From NCBI RefSeq assembly GCF_004010195.1, contig NC_057715.1, positions 63,906,563 to 63,970,562 of the forward strand: DNA of 64,000 nucleotides, given 5' to 3'. Source of the DNA: Chiloscyllium plagiosum (taxonomy: Eukaryota). Position numbers and translations under genes: made by a program. This document shows, piece after piece, positions 12,523 through 26,631 of the stretch. A model generated the notes under the pieces. It did no database searches, was not told the origin of the DNA, and saw only the letters and a list, made by a program, of their open reading frames with translations. Each line of letters begins with the position of its first letter. Position 1 is the first letter of the stretch.

Positions 12523-13708
12523 AAAGACGCAGTAGTAATTATGCAGGATTTTAATCTACATGCTTGCTGCTAATTTGTATACTTGTATACTTAACTCCAA
12601 TAGACATTTATGGTATAATATGCAAGATTTAATCAGCAATTTTACCATTTCAGAAAAACAGTAGAAGCCTTTTTACTGGACTTAGATCATCTAGGAAAAT
12701 GTTATGGGCACAGAGCTTGGAGGATGAATCAGTTTGAGACAGTGCAGTAGCCAGTATGAGAGATGAGAAGTTATGAGATATTCCCCAATCCTAGGAGAAT
12801 TTAATGTTGGAACAGGAATCCAATTCGATACACTGACAGAAATCAGATCCATAATTAGTCAGTACTTGGGAAGACATTTGGGATTCTTCTGACGCAATGA
12901 AATGGAAAGGCACAATTGCAACTTTGTTACCCTCCCAGCCTTCCAAAATGTCAAAAGAAAAGAAATCATTGGGATTGACTACATGAGATTGTACAAGAAG
13001 TGGCTCCAAAAAAAAATCTCAATGTCAGCTGAAGAACAACTGAGGAGCTGAGTGCTATACCTGTAGCCAGTTGTGTTTCAATAATAATGAACATTAATAG
13101 CATCTCCATCACTTCAAAAATAAAGGAAGGCTCTTACAAAAGGAAACTTGCCAGAGAAATGAAAATCATACAAGAATAAGAAGTTTTAAATTTGCAAAGC
13201 AAAATGTGAAGACAGTATTTCTAAGGGATATCAAGAAGAACAGATTCTGGACTATTCCTGAAGGTACAAGGATTCAAACAAGAAGTGAAATTTGGCACAG
13301 GAATAACTTGTTAATGCTGAAAGACAGCTTGTTTTGAAGTCTGTGAAAGTCAGACCAGCTAACATAAAACTCCATGGTCCAGGAGGCACAGATTTTCATG
13401 TGCATGGGCAAATCGCCTCTAAGATTAGTCACAGAGAACAAAGTGTCACTGAAATACTAAATATAATGTGGAATCAGAATACATGTATTCATCTAGGTCA
13501 CTTATAGAAAGTAGTTACAATAACTCATAATGAAAATGGGAGAGAATTTCAGGAAAAGTTTCCAAAACTTTTTAAAGCTTTAAACAAACTGAAGTGGATG
13601 TAACAACTTACTCTGCTAAAAGGTACTAAACCGATCTGCATTTACATTCCCAGGAAAATTCCTCATCCTTTGGTGGGAAAAGTAAAATCTCAGTTAGACA
13701 GATTGAAA

Positions 13709-13803
13709 TAGTCAGGCAGGAGGCTGGAAGAACATAGCAAGGCAGGCAGTATCAGGAGATAGAAAAGTTGATGTTTCGGGTATAACGTTTCATTAGGACT
13801 CCT
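13709..13803 (-). mobile_element. Short PLE-type 3' fragment inserted in Gypsy RT
   Basis: Resembles the family B/D 3' end (gatgtttcggg...ttcattag); flanked by gattgaaa repeats. Confidence 0.6.
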
Positions 13804-15642
13804 GATTGAAAGTAGAGCCGTAATGTCAGAGACGGAGCCAACACAGTGGTGCACAGAGTCAGTAACTGTTCCCAAGACAAGTGGAGAACTAAGATTGTGT
13901 GTGGAACTCACTCAGTTAAATTAATGGAGGCAGAAGTGCAGACCATTCAATTTCATTCGTCAATGATGATTTAGCAAAACATCTCAGAACTGGATGCTAA
14001 AGGAGGTGCTGGCAGATATCCTTAGACCAAGGTTGTTGATTGCATTTATTACACCATTTGGGTGATATTAATTCAAACCATCTGTATTTGTTTATGTTTG
14101 TTCTCAATGACTACAAAGCGAATGATTTCATTAAAATTCCAACAAGGCTACAGGAAAGGTTAGCAATGGGTTTGTTTCATTTTAGAGGAAAGATGTGTTT
14201 GGTTCTTGATGACTATTAGTCAAAATGGATTGAAGTCATATAACTTAATTCCACTACAACAGACTCAGTGATTGTAGCTCTAAAAAAGGTCTTTGAGATG
14301 AAATTTCCTTCACAGTGGACCTCAATTCATTAATAAAAGTTTAAGCAAGCTCACTTTGGAGGCAGCCATCAGCAAATTGAAAAGATGTCCACTCTATTAT
14401 CAGTCAAACAGAGAGGCTAATAGAGCCATCAAATAGTCACTGATGTATAAGAATCCTGATGGAAATGAGCTCTGTCCTGTTACAGAACGATGCCATTGAA
14501 TAATGAATACCTACAAGTGGACTTGTTAAAGAGAAGAAAGTTAAAAACAGATTCACCAGTTTTAAAACAAAATCTCTTAACACCAAGGGAGGGCAAAACA
14601 ATTCGAGAAAAGCCACAGCAAAAAGCAACAGATGGTGCAACTTGATTTTGTCAACCTTAAAGCCAGACTGGGAGTCTAGTTAAGGGAGAGAAGGTCAGAA
14701 TCTACTATTAACAGACAAACAGATCAAACTAGATGCTATATCACCAGAATGCCTGAAGAGTATGTGGGACAGCCATCCTACACTACATCAGACAGAACTC
14801 AGAATGATACAGCCATTCCAGACAGGCACAACACAATCACCCAAGAGCTGAAATAAGTGAAAGTAAACTAGTGAACTAGTGTAGATAATGAAGAGAGACA
14901 TTTAGGGGATGATGTGGTATAATGCAATGTATATAAATCATGATAATATAACTGATCACATGACTCTGAATCAGTAAGGGAGAAGACTAGGGGAAAGACA
15001 CTAGTCGAGAATAAGCATGTGAAGAGGCTAATGGACTAGTCTCAAGAGCTGTATTTGAAAACTTACTATGTCCATATGTAAATAAAGGAATGTTATTTAC
15101 ATATGGAGTTGAAGAGCCTTACTCAACAATAGGGATCAACAGCCTCAGGAACAGTGTTTGTGCTCACACCCACAGCCCAAATCACTCCAGGCTGGAATCT
15201 CCTCCAACAATTGCCTGTGCATTGATTTTTCAGTTATGCTCAACAGAATTTTAATATTCTAATCTGAAGACAACTGTAAAATATGTGTAAATGTGATCCC
15301 ACCATTTATTTTCTCAAAGCATCCAAATAGTTTTTCAAGCTGTACTTTATGTCTTTGATCACTGCTCTTCTATAAATGTTTCATTTTTATCCTTCATACG
15401 ATTGCTGTCAATGTATTGGCTAATAAATTATAAAGCTTTACATGATTATGAAATATTTCAAATTCTCCTGATCTTGGATTTAACATTGCCATTTTCAAAC
15501 CATTAAACTTAGATATTCAGCACCATTCCACTTTCAATAAGCAAGGACATCAAGCTATCATAACAGAGTTTTCAGGATGATTTATTAACTAACAGTATTA
15601 TTATACCAAAACTGACTGTGTCTTTTCTTGTCTTTCTTCTAG

Positions 15643-15763
15643 TCTGATGTTATCGATCAGAATTTATTAAACTTCCTCCCTGAACAGGAGCATGAAGAAA
15701 TATTTAAACTGCTGTCCTCTCACACATTAGTGACAGATGCTGTTTTGCCACACTATTTAAACT
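15643..15763 (+). CDS. NPAS2: NPAS2 exon (~6), PAS-A
   Basis: tctag|...T|gtgagt, 121 nt; [40 protein letters not shown]. Confidence 0.96.
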
Positions 15764-17633
15764 GTGAGTTTCCTTGTACATAAAAGATTATGTAACCTGT
15801 TATTTTAGTATTTTAATCCCTTCAATGTGAGCGTATAGCATTTCGTAAATTAAACCTCAAACTGTACTGCAAATAAAAAAGGATGTTGAGAATGCTCATA
15901 AAGGTTATATTTAAAAAGATTAATATTCCATATGGCTGAAGATGTCACTGAAATAGAACAAGAAAGATTATGAAGAAACGTGAAGATGAAAACATTGAAA
16001 TCCATTTATTGGGGTCCAGATATAAAGTGCTATTTGTCAAAAATGATACAACCATTCTAGATTAGTTTCAGAATGTTGGAAGTGAGAATATGAGAATAAC
16101 CTTTTATGGTGTGAAAATAATACATAAGATGCCAACATCAGTAGAGGTAAAATAATACATAAGGAATAGTATTCAAGAAATGAAAGAAAATGCCTCGATA
16201 GTAAATGGATGAGAAGTAAAATTTTCAACCCAGAGTTAAGTACCAAATTTACATACTGCTAAATCAGAACCAGCAAAGTGCCTATGGGCTGGTTTGATGG
16301 AATTGCAGACTGGATCGTATTGCTGCTGCCAGGAGACAAATGCAATGGTTTCAGCTTTGTTGAATTTGAGCTGAAAGGCTTTAATCCCAGTCAGCACTTA
16401 ACTTTTTTATAGGATTGCTCAGGAATAGCCTTAGCATAGTCAAGTGACCACAGGCCCAGAATTGGACATTCTAAATTAACCCATAGCTGGAGAAATTGGG
16501 CCTGACAGCAAATTGGCCAAACTAAATAGCAGCCATCAGCTGTCGGCTACAGAGAACAGTGGAAACTAAGATCAAAGAGTTTTCAAAGTTTGGAGAAAAT
16601 CCAGTTACAACCAGCCCAATGGTTGTGTATTGAAATATCTATCAAACGTTTTGGCACCTTGACTTCCAGCCAGTGTCTGAGAATGTGCACTTTATACCTC
16701 CCCCACATAGCAATAGTGAAGGATGTTGATGGAACCCATTGGATGCTTTGAATCCCACTCATTATCCCATTGGCCAAAGGCCACAAAATATTCAGGAAGG
16801 TCAAGGGCATGGGTATAAAAATGCACAACTCGAAGCCACCTCCTTGGCAAAGACTCACAGCAAGATTCTTGGTAGAAGATGGTGTGGCAACTGGAGAAGA
16901 CATGGGAGAAAATTCACGCTGACCTGAGAGACCCACCTTCATCGAAGAGAGTTAGCCCCATTTCGGAGAGGATTCCAATGGCCCAGCCCAAACACATGGA
17001 TTGTTGTGGACTGTATTTTTCTTAGACAGATGGAGCTAGATAGAGTCAAAATTGTGGGGATTTGCTGACTTGGTGTTTTTAATAAGAAATATTTTGTCTA
17101 TAAAATTTTGAATTGAACTATAAACTATATGAGTCCTTTTGTTCACATCACCAACAAGAACGCTTGGGTAAAGTGTTAATACATAAATTGATCCAAGTGT
17201 CCAAAGTACAAACAACAGTGGATTTGACGGCGGTGCAGAATGTTAGAATTGAGTGTCACAAGTACATATATTGAATTCAGCCTTTGTGTTTGTTGATTGT
17301 GACCGAAATAGATAACATATAAATGATGAACAGAGGGTATCCTATGTTAGAGAATTATGGAATCACTGAAAGTGTCTGAGGATATAGAGGGTGAAGCAGA
17401 AAACCTTCAGGCCTAATATTCCTTTGTCTGCTGCCAAGGGAGCACTCAGTTCCCAGAGGGTGGAGAGAAGGAAGGGAAGACAGAGTCCCATTGTGTGTGT
17501 TTCCCAACCTGATAGAATTCCAGGGCTTCCACAAAGAATTGAATTTGGATCCATACCTACAATCAAACCGAAGTAAGAGTGGGTGATCCTGTACCGTAAG
17601 CCTCAGTTTATTATGCTTCTTTATCAGGGTTTG

Positions 17634-17722
17634 TGAAGGGCTTATGCCCGAAACGTCAATTCTCCTGTTCCCTGGATGCTGCCTGACCTGCTGTGTTTTT
17701 CCAGCAACACATTTTCAGCTCT
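17634..17722 (+). mobile_element. Single-arm PLE family B fragment
   Basis: gaagggcttatgcccgaaacgtca...tgctgcctgacctgctg...acattttcagctct. Confidence 0.85.
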
Positions 17723-18784
17723 ATCTTGACACCCCAAGCAGCTGACAGGACACTCATTACTGGACCCATCTCAGCTGGCAGCTGTTTGAAGGGTAAAGGC
17801 AGTAAGCTCAACAGGACAAAACAAATGAATGGCTAAGTGTGTTTCTTAACTACCCAGTTGATTTTCAGACTAGGCATCTGCTGGCTTCTGAGTATCAGTC
17901 ATGACCCAATTGTACCACAGTTGTCACTGAGTCAGAGATTGTACCTTCATGTTCTACTCCAAATGTTACAGATTAACATTTCAGTGTGGGATGAAATGAA
18001 TACTACTATGCCAAATATTATAATACAGTTTCACATCTTGATAACAGCTTTGCATCTTGTTTAGCATCCCCCCCGCCCCCATTCTATGTTTTTCACATGT
18101 CCGCCTTTTATTGCAGAATCTAGAATCATGCATCTGCCATTTTCCCTTACTGAGAAATGGTGGAAAGGGCAAATAATTAGGTGAGCTAGCATCAGGGAGA
18201 TGTCCACCCCCTTCCAACCACCTCAGAAATTAATGCCTGGGCAGAAAGACCAATGGTTGGCCAAATAAAAGCCTCATCCAGATATCGGTCTGATGTGCTG
18301 TGTTCTTGGCAGGCAGGAAATGTGGCAGCCCTCCTGACTGCTAAAACAAACCAGCCTGTCTGCCAGGTTCCAGGGCAGGACTCCAATCTGGGAGGGAGTT
18401 AGAAGCATGGATTAGGGTGGAGGTGGATGGCCACTGAAAGCCATCTACCTGCCCTTGCCTCTGACCTGCAACTCCCCTCTCTCCATGATTCCTATTCTGA
18501 AGTTCCCATTCCTGGAAAGTATCTTACCTTACCAGTTGTTCCAGCAATTCAGTGTTGCTGTGCAGACAGTAGGCTTGGCCTCTGCTTGGAGTGGCTGTAA
18601 GTCCCTGATTGGTGAAGAGCTGGGTGATTACTTAAATATATGATAGGTGTCTCATTTGGAAGGCTTTCTCATTATTGATGGTCGGAGTATCCCATTCGTA
18701 ATGAGCCTATCTCTACACTGTAATTTAAAATTGGAAAAACCCAGCTGCGGTAGGAGGCATTTCAGCTTGTTGTGTCAATTGTGA

Positions 18785-19322
18785 TTTTCTGAGGGAGCAA
18801 TACACTTGACTCTGTGCTCTCTGGTCTTTTCCCTGGGATGCGCACTGAGACAAATATTGACTGTGCCCGGAAGACCAACAACTTGGTGGAAGATGCTGTT
18901 TGGTTTGCCCAAAACATGTTGGTCTTCCAATGCAAAGCGTTGGCCTTGACTGAGTGTTGCAGACTGGCACATTCCAAGATCCAGGGCTATGTGCTGAGGG
19001 AGGCACGGAAGCCTGGGGCAGCTGCTGGCAAAGCACAGTGAGGAAAGACCATGGCCTACGGACTTTCTGCCAAAGTACAATAGGGATCTGTTCAGTTCTC
19101 AGATAAACACACACACACACACACACTCATTGCCTCAACTGTATGCAATTAGTGTCCTGCATGAATAGGAAATGCGTTTGGTTTTTGCAAATGCAGGGAA
19201 TGTCAGATTCCAATGTTTATTTTTCTTGATATGCAAAAGACTGTACAGAACTGCTTTAGTACCTGTGTATGTACATAAAGATCTTTTATGAATAAAATAT
19301 ATTTTTGCAAGAAAGAAAAAAA
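18785..19322 (+). mobile_element. Tx1/L1-clade LINE 3' fragment
   Basis: LFPGMRTETNIDCARKTNNLVEDAVW is homologous to the C-terminal part of the next copy; aataaa plus A-rich tail. Confidence 0.75.
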
Positions 19323-21259
19323 TCACTCCTGAGTGCAGTTTACAAAATCCTATCTAAGGTCATCACCAACTGTGTCAGATCTACTCTGGGATCGGTGATT
19401 CACCCCGACCAAACCTGTGCTGTACCCGGCAGGAAGATCTCTGAGGGCCTCACCCTCCTCAGGGACATGATCGCCTACACAGGACAGGGGGGTGAACACC
19501 TATCTCATCAGCCTGGACCAGGAGAAGATCTTTGATGGGATATCTATACCTACATGTGCTGTCCAGAATGGGCTTTGGGGAGGGAATCCATATTTGGATC
19601 CAACTGCTCTGCACCAATATCATGAGTGCAGTCTCATTCAGTGGGTAGGAATCAGAAAGCTCCTCGATAAGATAAGGCAGGGCTGCCCATTCTCTTCTGC
19701 CTTGTTTGTGTGTTGTACGGAGCCATTTGCTGAGTCCATCAGGAAGGATACAAGCCTGAGTGGGGTGACTATTTCCAGGCAGTGGAGGCCTGCAGGTCAA
19801 AGCCTCCCTGTACATGGATGATGTTACAGTTTTCTGCTCTGATCTGCTCTCAGTGTACAGTCTCAGGAGAATCTGCATTCAATTTAAACTGGCCTCGGGA
19901 GCCAAGGTAAATCAAGGTAAGAGTGAGGCCATGTTCTTTGGGAACTGGGCCGACCAATCCATTATCCCCTTCACTGTCAGGACAGATTACCTGAAGGTGC
20001 TGGGAATATGGTTCAGAGGGGCCAGAATGTGTGCCAAAACTTTGGAGGAGCATATCACCAAGGTGAGGCAGAAACTGGGCAGATGGAAACACTGCTTCCT
20101 CTCCACTGTGGGTAAAATCCAGTCATCAGGTGTAAGATACTCTTGGAGTTGTTGTATGTGGCATGAGTTTGGCCTATTCCCCAAGCTATGACCACTATAG
20201 TCATCTGAGTCAGCTTCCACACCATGTGAAAGCTCTAGATAAGGCAGGGGGGAGAATGTACCAATGCCGCCCTCATCCTGATTGTCACTTTTGTGCATGG
20301 CTGCATTCAGCTGTGTGTAGACCCTTGGTACGCAAACACCAAATCTCACTACATACTGAAGTTCTACTTGTACCAGGTGTTGTGAAGGATAGGCTGGGCT
20401 TGTTACCATGGAGTGCTCCAAGTAGTTGGATCATTCTTCTTAGCCTGGAGAAATTTACAAAGAGAAATACCTTTGAACACAAGCCCATCAGGAAGTGGTC
20501 AGCACATAGTGTCCTCGAGACCCTGTGGAAAAGGAGAGGGCAATTCCTGTCAGGCAATTCCTGTTCCCTGAGCAGACTGACAACGTCATTTGGCAGAATG
20601 GCCTGGTCTCTGTGCACCACTGCACACGGCCCTTGAAGCGGCTGAGCTGGTGAAGAGGCTGTCACTCATCTCCTTCTGGAATGTGGCTTTGTAGAGAAGG
20701 TCTGGAGAGAGATGTGGTGGTTTTTGTCGAGATTTGTCCCAAACAGCTTTGTGACACAGAACTCTGTGCTCTATGATCTGTTACCTGAGACGTGCACCAA
20801 GACAAACATTGACTGCACCTGGAAGACCATCAACTCGGTGAAAGACACTGTTTGGTCTGCCTGACATTTGTTAGTCTTCCAGTACAGAGACAGAGTGTGG
20901 CAGACTGGCACATTCCAAAGTCCATGACAATGTGTTGACAGACACACTGAAGCTTGGGGAACCTACCACTAAGGCGCAGTGAGGAAAGACCACATTGCCT
21001 TCCTGCCAAAGTACAAGTGTTTGTTCAGTTGTGAGATCACTGCATTGCCTCAAATTATTTTCTTCCTGCATGAGTTAAAAATGCCCTTGTTATTTGCAAT
21101 TGTGTGGTAGCTCCATGGGATGACAAATTCCAAGGTACTTTTTGGGTTTCTTTATCCTTGTTGGTAAGATTGTACAGAACAGAATAACAACCTTTTCATA
21201 TGTATTTATAGATGAAGTTTTTTATGAATAAAGTATATTTTTGCAATTAAAAAAATAAA
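19323..21259 (+). mobile_element. Tx1/L1-clade LINE, 5'-truncated and frameshifted
   Basis: SLLSAVYKILSKV...IHPDQTCAVPGRKI, ISLDQEKIFD, RQGCPFS, YMDDVTVF, ASGAKVN..KSE, LKVLGIWF; aataaa plus A-rich tail. Confidence 0.88.
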
Positions 21260-21664
21260 CCTAATGCTACTGCCTCATCTTCTCCCCATAGCTCTATACC
21301 CTTTCTTCCTTTTCATATAATCCATTTTCCTCTTGGATGCTTTTTTGATGCTTTCCACATTCTCAGGCAGATTATTCCAGATCCTCACCACTCACTGCAT
21401 AAAACATATTTTTTTTTTGTCACCATTGCTTATTTTGCCACTTACCTTAAATCTGCGCCCTCTTATTCCTTCCAAAAATGGGAACCGTTTCTCCCTGTTT
21501 ACTCTGTGCACCACTCATTATTTTGACTAATTCTATCAAATCTCCTCTTAAACTTCTCTTCAAGAATAATAGTCCGATCTAACTAAACAGTAGAAGATGT
21601 CCATTCCTGGAACCAGTCTTTTCTACAACGTCTGAATGTGTTCAGGAAAATTTTCTTTATCAAT

Positions 21665-23910
21665 ATGTAAATGTTCCTATTGGAAAAGGAGCAAAATTTG
21701 ACCTTCTCTTGGGCAATAAGACAGGGCAAGTGACTGAAGTTTTACTGGGGAACACTTGGGACTAGTGATCATAATACTATTAGTTTTAAAATATGATTTG
21801 GAGATGCCGGTGTTGGCTTAAAATAGTTTTGGGAAAGGATAAGTCTTCCATAAAAGTTAAAGTTCTTAATTGGAGTAAGGCAAATTTTAAGGGTATAAAA
21901 TAAGAACTTTCAAAAGTTGATTGGGGTAGAATGTTTGCAGGCAAAGAGATGACTGACAAGTAGGAAGCCTTCAAAAGTGTGAGAGCAAGAATTCAGAGGC
22001 ATTGTGCTTCTGTTAGAGTGAAAGGCAAGGCAGTCAGATTAGGGAACAATGGATGAATAAAAATATTGAGGTTCTAGTCAAGAATAAAAAAGAAATGTAT
22101 ATTAGAGATAGTCAACTGGGATCAACTGAATCTCTTGAAGAGTAAAAAGATTGTATAGGCACTCTTAAGAAGGACATCAAGAAGGTAGAAAGGGGATAGC
22201 CTTGTCAAATAAGGTTAAAGATAATCCAAAAAGATTCTACAAATATATTAAGAAAAAGGGAGCAACTAGAGAGCAATTAGGACCCCTAAAAGATCATCAA
22301 AGTTGTCTTTGTGTTGAACCTCAGGAGATGGGAGAAATATTAAATGAATATTTCTCATCAGATTTTGCTGTTAGAAAGAAATGGAGGCTAGAGAACTCCG
22401 GGAAATAAATAGTGATGTTTTGAAAATAGTTCACATTATACAAAAGGAAGTGCTAGCGGTCTTAGAAAACGTAAAGGTGGATAAATCTCCGGGACCTGAT
22501 CAAGTGTATCCCAGGACATTGTGGTAAATTAGGGAGGAAACTGCAGGGCTCCTCGCAGAAATATCTGTATCATCTATAAACACGGGTGAAGTACTGGAGG
22601 ACTGGAGGGTGGCTAATGTTGTGCCATTATTTAAGAAGGATTGTAAGGAGAAGCCTGGAAACTCTACACCTGTGAGTCTGACATTGGTGGTGGTTAAGTT
22701 GTTGGAGGTGATTCTGAAAGTTAGGATTAACATGCATTTGGAGAGGCAAGGATTGATTAGGGATAGTCAGCATGATTTTATGCAAGGAAAATCGTGTCTC
22801 ACAAACTTGACTGAGTTTTTTAATGAAGTAACCAAAATGATTGATGCAGGCTAATTAGTAAAGTTAGATAACGTAGGATTCAGGGTGAGATTGCCAGCTG
22901 GATACAAAATTGGCTTTCTAGTAGGAGACAGAGAGTGGTGGTAGAGGAGGGTTGTTTTTCAGACTGGAGGCCTATGACCAGTGGTATTCCACAGGGATCG
23001 GTACTGGGTCCATTTTTGTTTGTCATCTATATAAGTGATTTGGATAAGAATGTAGGAGGCATGGTTAATAAGTTTGCAGCTGACACTAAATTTGGTGATA
23101 TAGTGGACAGTGAATAAGCTTATTTAAACAATCTTTATCAATTTGATCAATAGGCTGAGGAGTGGCAGATGGAGTTTAATTTGGATAAATGTAATGTATT
23201 GCAGTTTGGTAATATAAACAAGGAAGAACTTATACAATTTATGGTAGGGCCCTGGGTAGTGTTGTAGAGCAGAGAGACCTAGGGGTTCAAGTACATAATT
23301 CTTTGAAATTTGCATCACAGGTAGAGTGGGTGGTTAAGAAAGCATTTAGGGCACTTGGTTTCATTATTCAGACAATTGAGTATAGGAGTTATGACATCAT
23401 ATTGAGGTTGTACAGGACATTGGTGAGGCCTGTTCTGGAGAGGGTTCAGAAAACATTTTCCAGGATGTTGCCAGGAAAGGAGGGTCTGAAATATAAAAAT
23501 AGACTGGAAAGGCTGGGACTTTTTTCACTGGAGTGTAGGAGGTTGAGGGGTGACAGTACTGAGGCTTATAAAATCATGAGGGGCATAGATAAGGTGAATG
23601 ACAGGGTTACTTTCCCTCGGATAGGGGAGTTCAAAACTAGGGGGCATATTTTTAAGGTGAGAGGAGAAAGATTTAACAAGGATATCAGGGGCAACCTTTT
23701 TACACAGAGAGTGGTTCGTGTGTGGAATAAACTGCTGAAGAAAGTGATGGATGTAGGTATATGTTCAAAAGACATTTCGATATGTACATGAATAAGAAGT
23801 ATTTGGAGGGATATAGGCCAAGCACAGGCAGGTGGGAATAGTTTAGTTTGGGAAAATGTTCGGCATGGACCGAAGGGTCTGTTTCCATGCAGTGTGACTA
23901 TATCACTCTG
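21665..23910 (+). mobile_element. CR1/HER1 LINE ORF2 fragment with 3' UTR
   Basis: NPKRFYKY, ANVVPLFKK, KSCLTNL, SGIPQGSVLGP, KFAADTK, RRLRGD; many stops. Confidence 0.92.
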
Positions 23911-24707
23911 TAATGTCTTCACAGCCTTACTGAAGTACAGAACTAGACCCAGTGCTCCAGGTTGAGACCTAATACGTATTTTATAAAAGTTTAACAGAGG
24001 TTTGCCAACATCAGACATCAGTTTTTCAATTTTGCACATAAAGTCAATTTTTAACAAATCGCAAACAGTTTATTCTGAATATTATATCTTTTAAATTCGT
24101 TCCCCGAAATGCTAGTTTGCCTTTGCATGGTGCATCCTCAGTTGAATTCTGCTTACTTTGGCAGAAGTGCAGTTCACAGAACCACCACGAGTGGGATTCC
24201 ACAGTGCCCATTGCGAAGGACACAGACCCTGCCTGAAATCCTGAGGAAGGAATATTTAGTGAGAGCAGACTTCCGGCTGCTCATTGCAAAATTTCAAAGA
24301 CAACCTTCCATTCTGATGGGTGGCAAGAAAAGTTAAAGATCGCTAAGGGTAGGTTGCCCCTTATTGTAAACACAGAATTCCTTGACTAGCCTGAGCCCTC
24401 CCATAGACTTGCCCTTAAACAGTGAATATATTTCTCGAAAGTGGTCAGAAAGCTCAACTGCCCACTCTTCTCTGTCCAGAGTGTATGATAATTGGGTTGG
24501 AAAACTAGTGAAGCTATTATCTCATAAATTGCAGCTGATTCTGACTCCCCACCAATCCCTAACCTCACACTTCTGTCCAATCCTCTATGCTGCCCATATG
24601 GTGTCCTGGCTCCCAACAATAATATTAATATTGTACATATATCTGGAAAGCAAGAATATACAATTGCCTAACTTTCATTTAAGCAAGTATGTAATGTTTT
24701 TATCTAG

Positions 24708-24821
24708 CTGAGAACTGCTTTGAATTTTCTTGTCACTTGCTGCGAGGGACATTGGACCCAGAGGAATCTCCTACCTATGAATATCTACGATTTGTGGGAA
24801 ATTTCCAGTCATATGACAGTG
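24708..24821 (+). CDS. NPAS2: NPAS2 exon (~7)
   Basis: tctag|...G|gtgagt, 114 nt; (S)[37 protein letters not shown]. Confidence 0.96.
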
Positions 24822-25719
24822 GTGAGTATTGAAATTTAGTCCAGATCTATTATGTGAGACTAAGGGCTTAAAAATTGGTTTGCATAACATGTATTCTATA
24901 TTACATAAGAACACACAAATTAGATAAGTAAATAGTTTAAAGAGTGGAACTGAAGAAAGAAAGATTAATTCACAATAAGTAAATCACTAAGCCACATAAC
25001 CATTTTTTTTTCACAAATGTCCCATTCTAGGAATTATTAGTGGATAAAATTAAAGCAAAATCTGAAGTACCAACAGAAAATCATGGCAATACCCAGAAAG
25101 AGAGAGAAATAGAATTAAGGTTCTCGACTTGAATTACTTAAAACTCATTCAGTTACGCAGTTAAAATTGGTGTTTCAATGTGATGGGCCTCTGTCAGAAA
25201 AGGTGAGAGATGTAATATGATTTGATACAGAGGCCAGCAGAGAAGAGCTCAAAAGAACATTAGGGAAGATCACTGATCAAGGAAAGGAAGAAGAAGCTAA
25301 ATGAGAGATGGCAGTGAAAGGCAGAAGGAGATGATAATGCAACATGTAAAGCCAACAAAAGATAGAGCTAAATGAGATGTAAATAGGAATAGCAGAACAT
25401 CATCAATTCCTGGATGAAAAATCAGGGACTGAAGCTTGCACCATAAATTGTTGAATTCAGTATTGGGTCTGGAAGTGTTTTGAAATGCTTAGTTGAATGT
25501 GAAGGTACTATTCCTTCAGCCCATGTTCAGTTTAATTGAAACAATATAGTAGACTGAGGAAGAGGCCAGAAGCAGAGAGTGGGACAGCGAATTAATATGT
25601 CAAACATCCAGAACCTCAGGGTCATGCCTGAACTAAATGCAGGTAATTCAAAATAATCTATGTATAGTCGCCCCACTGTAACGTATAAGTCTTACTTTAC
25701 TTAGACAGTCTTTCAGGGA

Positions 25720-26185
25720 AGAAAGGACTGTTGTACGAAGAGCAATTGAATAGCTTGAGCTTGTATTCATTGGAGTTCAAAAAGGTTGGAGGGGCATCTG
25801 ATAGAGGTATATAAAATGCTAAAGGGGATTGATAAGATGGACTTTGAACAGATGTTCCCCCTCGTGGGACAGTCTCGAACTAACAGTCGTTGTCATAGAG
25901 TGATGAAGTAGATTCAAAACTGAGATGAGGAGAAACTACTTCTCTCAGAGGGTTGTGAAACTGTCAAACTCACTGCCCCAGAGAGCAGTGGAGGCAGAAT
26001 TATCAACAGATTCAAGGAAGAAATAGATATGTTCCTGGTGAAAAGTGAGATAAAGGGCTATGGGGAGCAGGCAGGAAAGTGGAGTTGAGACCAGGATAAG
26101 ATTAGCCATGATCATGTTAAATGGCAGAGTGGTCTCGAAGGGCTGAATTGCCTACTCCCACTCCTAATTCCTAAATTCCTATGTT
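25720..26185 (+). mobile_element. CR1 LINE 3' fragment
   Basis: LYSLEFKKVG..DLIEVYKMLKGID, YFSQRVVK, typical 3' UTR ending cctatgtt. Confidence 0.8.
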
Positions 26186-26434
26186 GTATCTTCTGCACTT
26201 GCAGAATCTCTAGAGTCTGCCTTTCTAGTGCGATATGATGTACTCAGGGTGGAACTAGTGATGTCTAGGATATTAGCTGTAAGATACAAATATGTCAAGT
26301 TGTTGCTTGACAGCTTTCCCAATTTTGGCATAAGATCTAGATCTTAGTAAAGGAGAAAGCCACAGGTCAACTGAGTTATCATTTCTGGTGCTGAGGTCAA
26401 TCTGGAAGTTCAGCTCAGCACTATTCTTTATTGA

Positions 26435-26631
26435 GGTAAAAACAATGACTGCAGATGCTGGAAACCAGATTCTGGATCAGTGGTGCTGGAAGAGCACAGC
26501 AATTCAGGCAGCATCCGAGGACAGGCAAAATCGACGTTTCGGGCAAAAGCCCTTTTGCCCGAAACGTCGATTTTGCCTGTCCTCGGATGCTGCCTGAATT
26601 GCTGTGCTCTTCCAGCACCACTGATCCAGAA
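26435..26631. mobile_element. Fold-back PLE family B variant with a perfect 80-bp stem
   Basis: 26470-26549 is the exact reverse complement of 26552-26631; 15-bp TSD actattctttattga (26420-26434, 26632-26646). Confidence 0.92.

Larger units (their letters stand above)
11037..15128 (+). mobile_element. Decayed Ty3/Gypsy LTR retrotransposon with nested insertions
   Basis: gag-like LEDESV*DSAVASMRDEKL (~12720); RT EPTQWCTESVTVPKTSGELRLCVELTQLN and AFITPFG (~13840-14065); integrase-like DY*SKWIEV and QSNREANRA (~14200-14430). Purine tract then TG...CA 3' LTR at ~14913-15128, similar to sequence at ~11037-11110. Confidence 0.75.

Noticed and set aside
17902-17912. RORE-like sites (also near 13490, 27215, 40975)
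   Set aside because: None matches the full WAWNTRGGTCA consensus.
25070-25700. Possible very old PLE remnant on the minus strand
   Set aside because: Only faint resemblance to PLE 3' and GIY-YIG sequence; too degraded to support.
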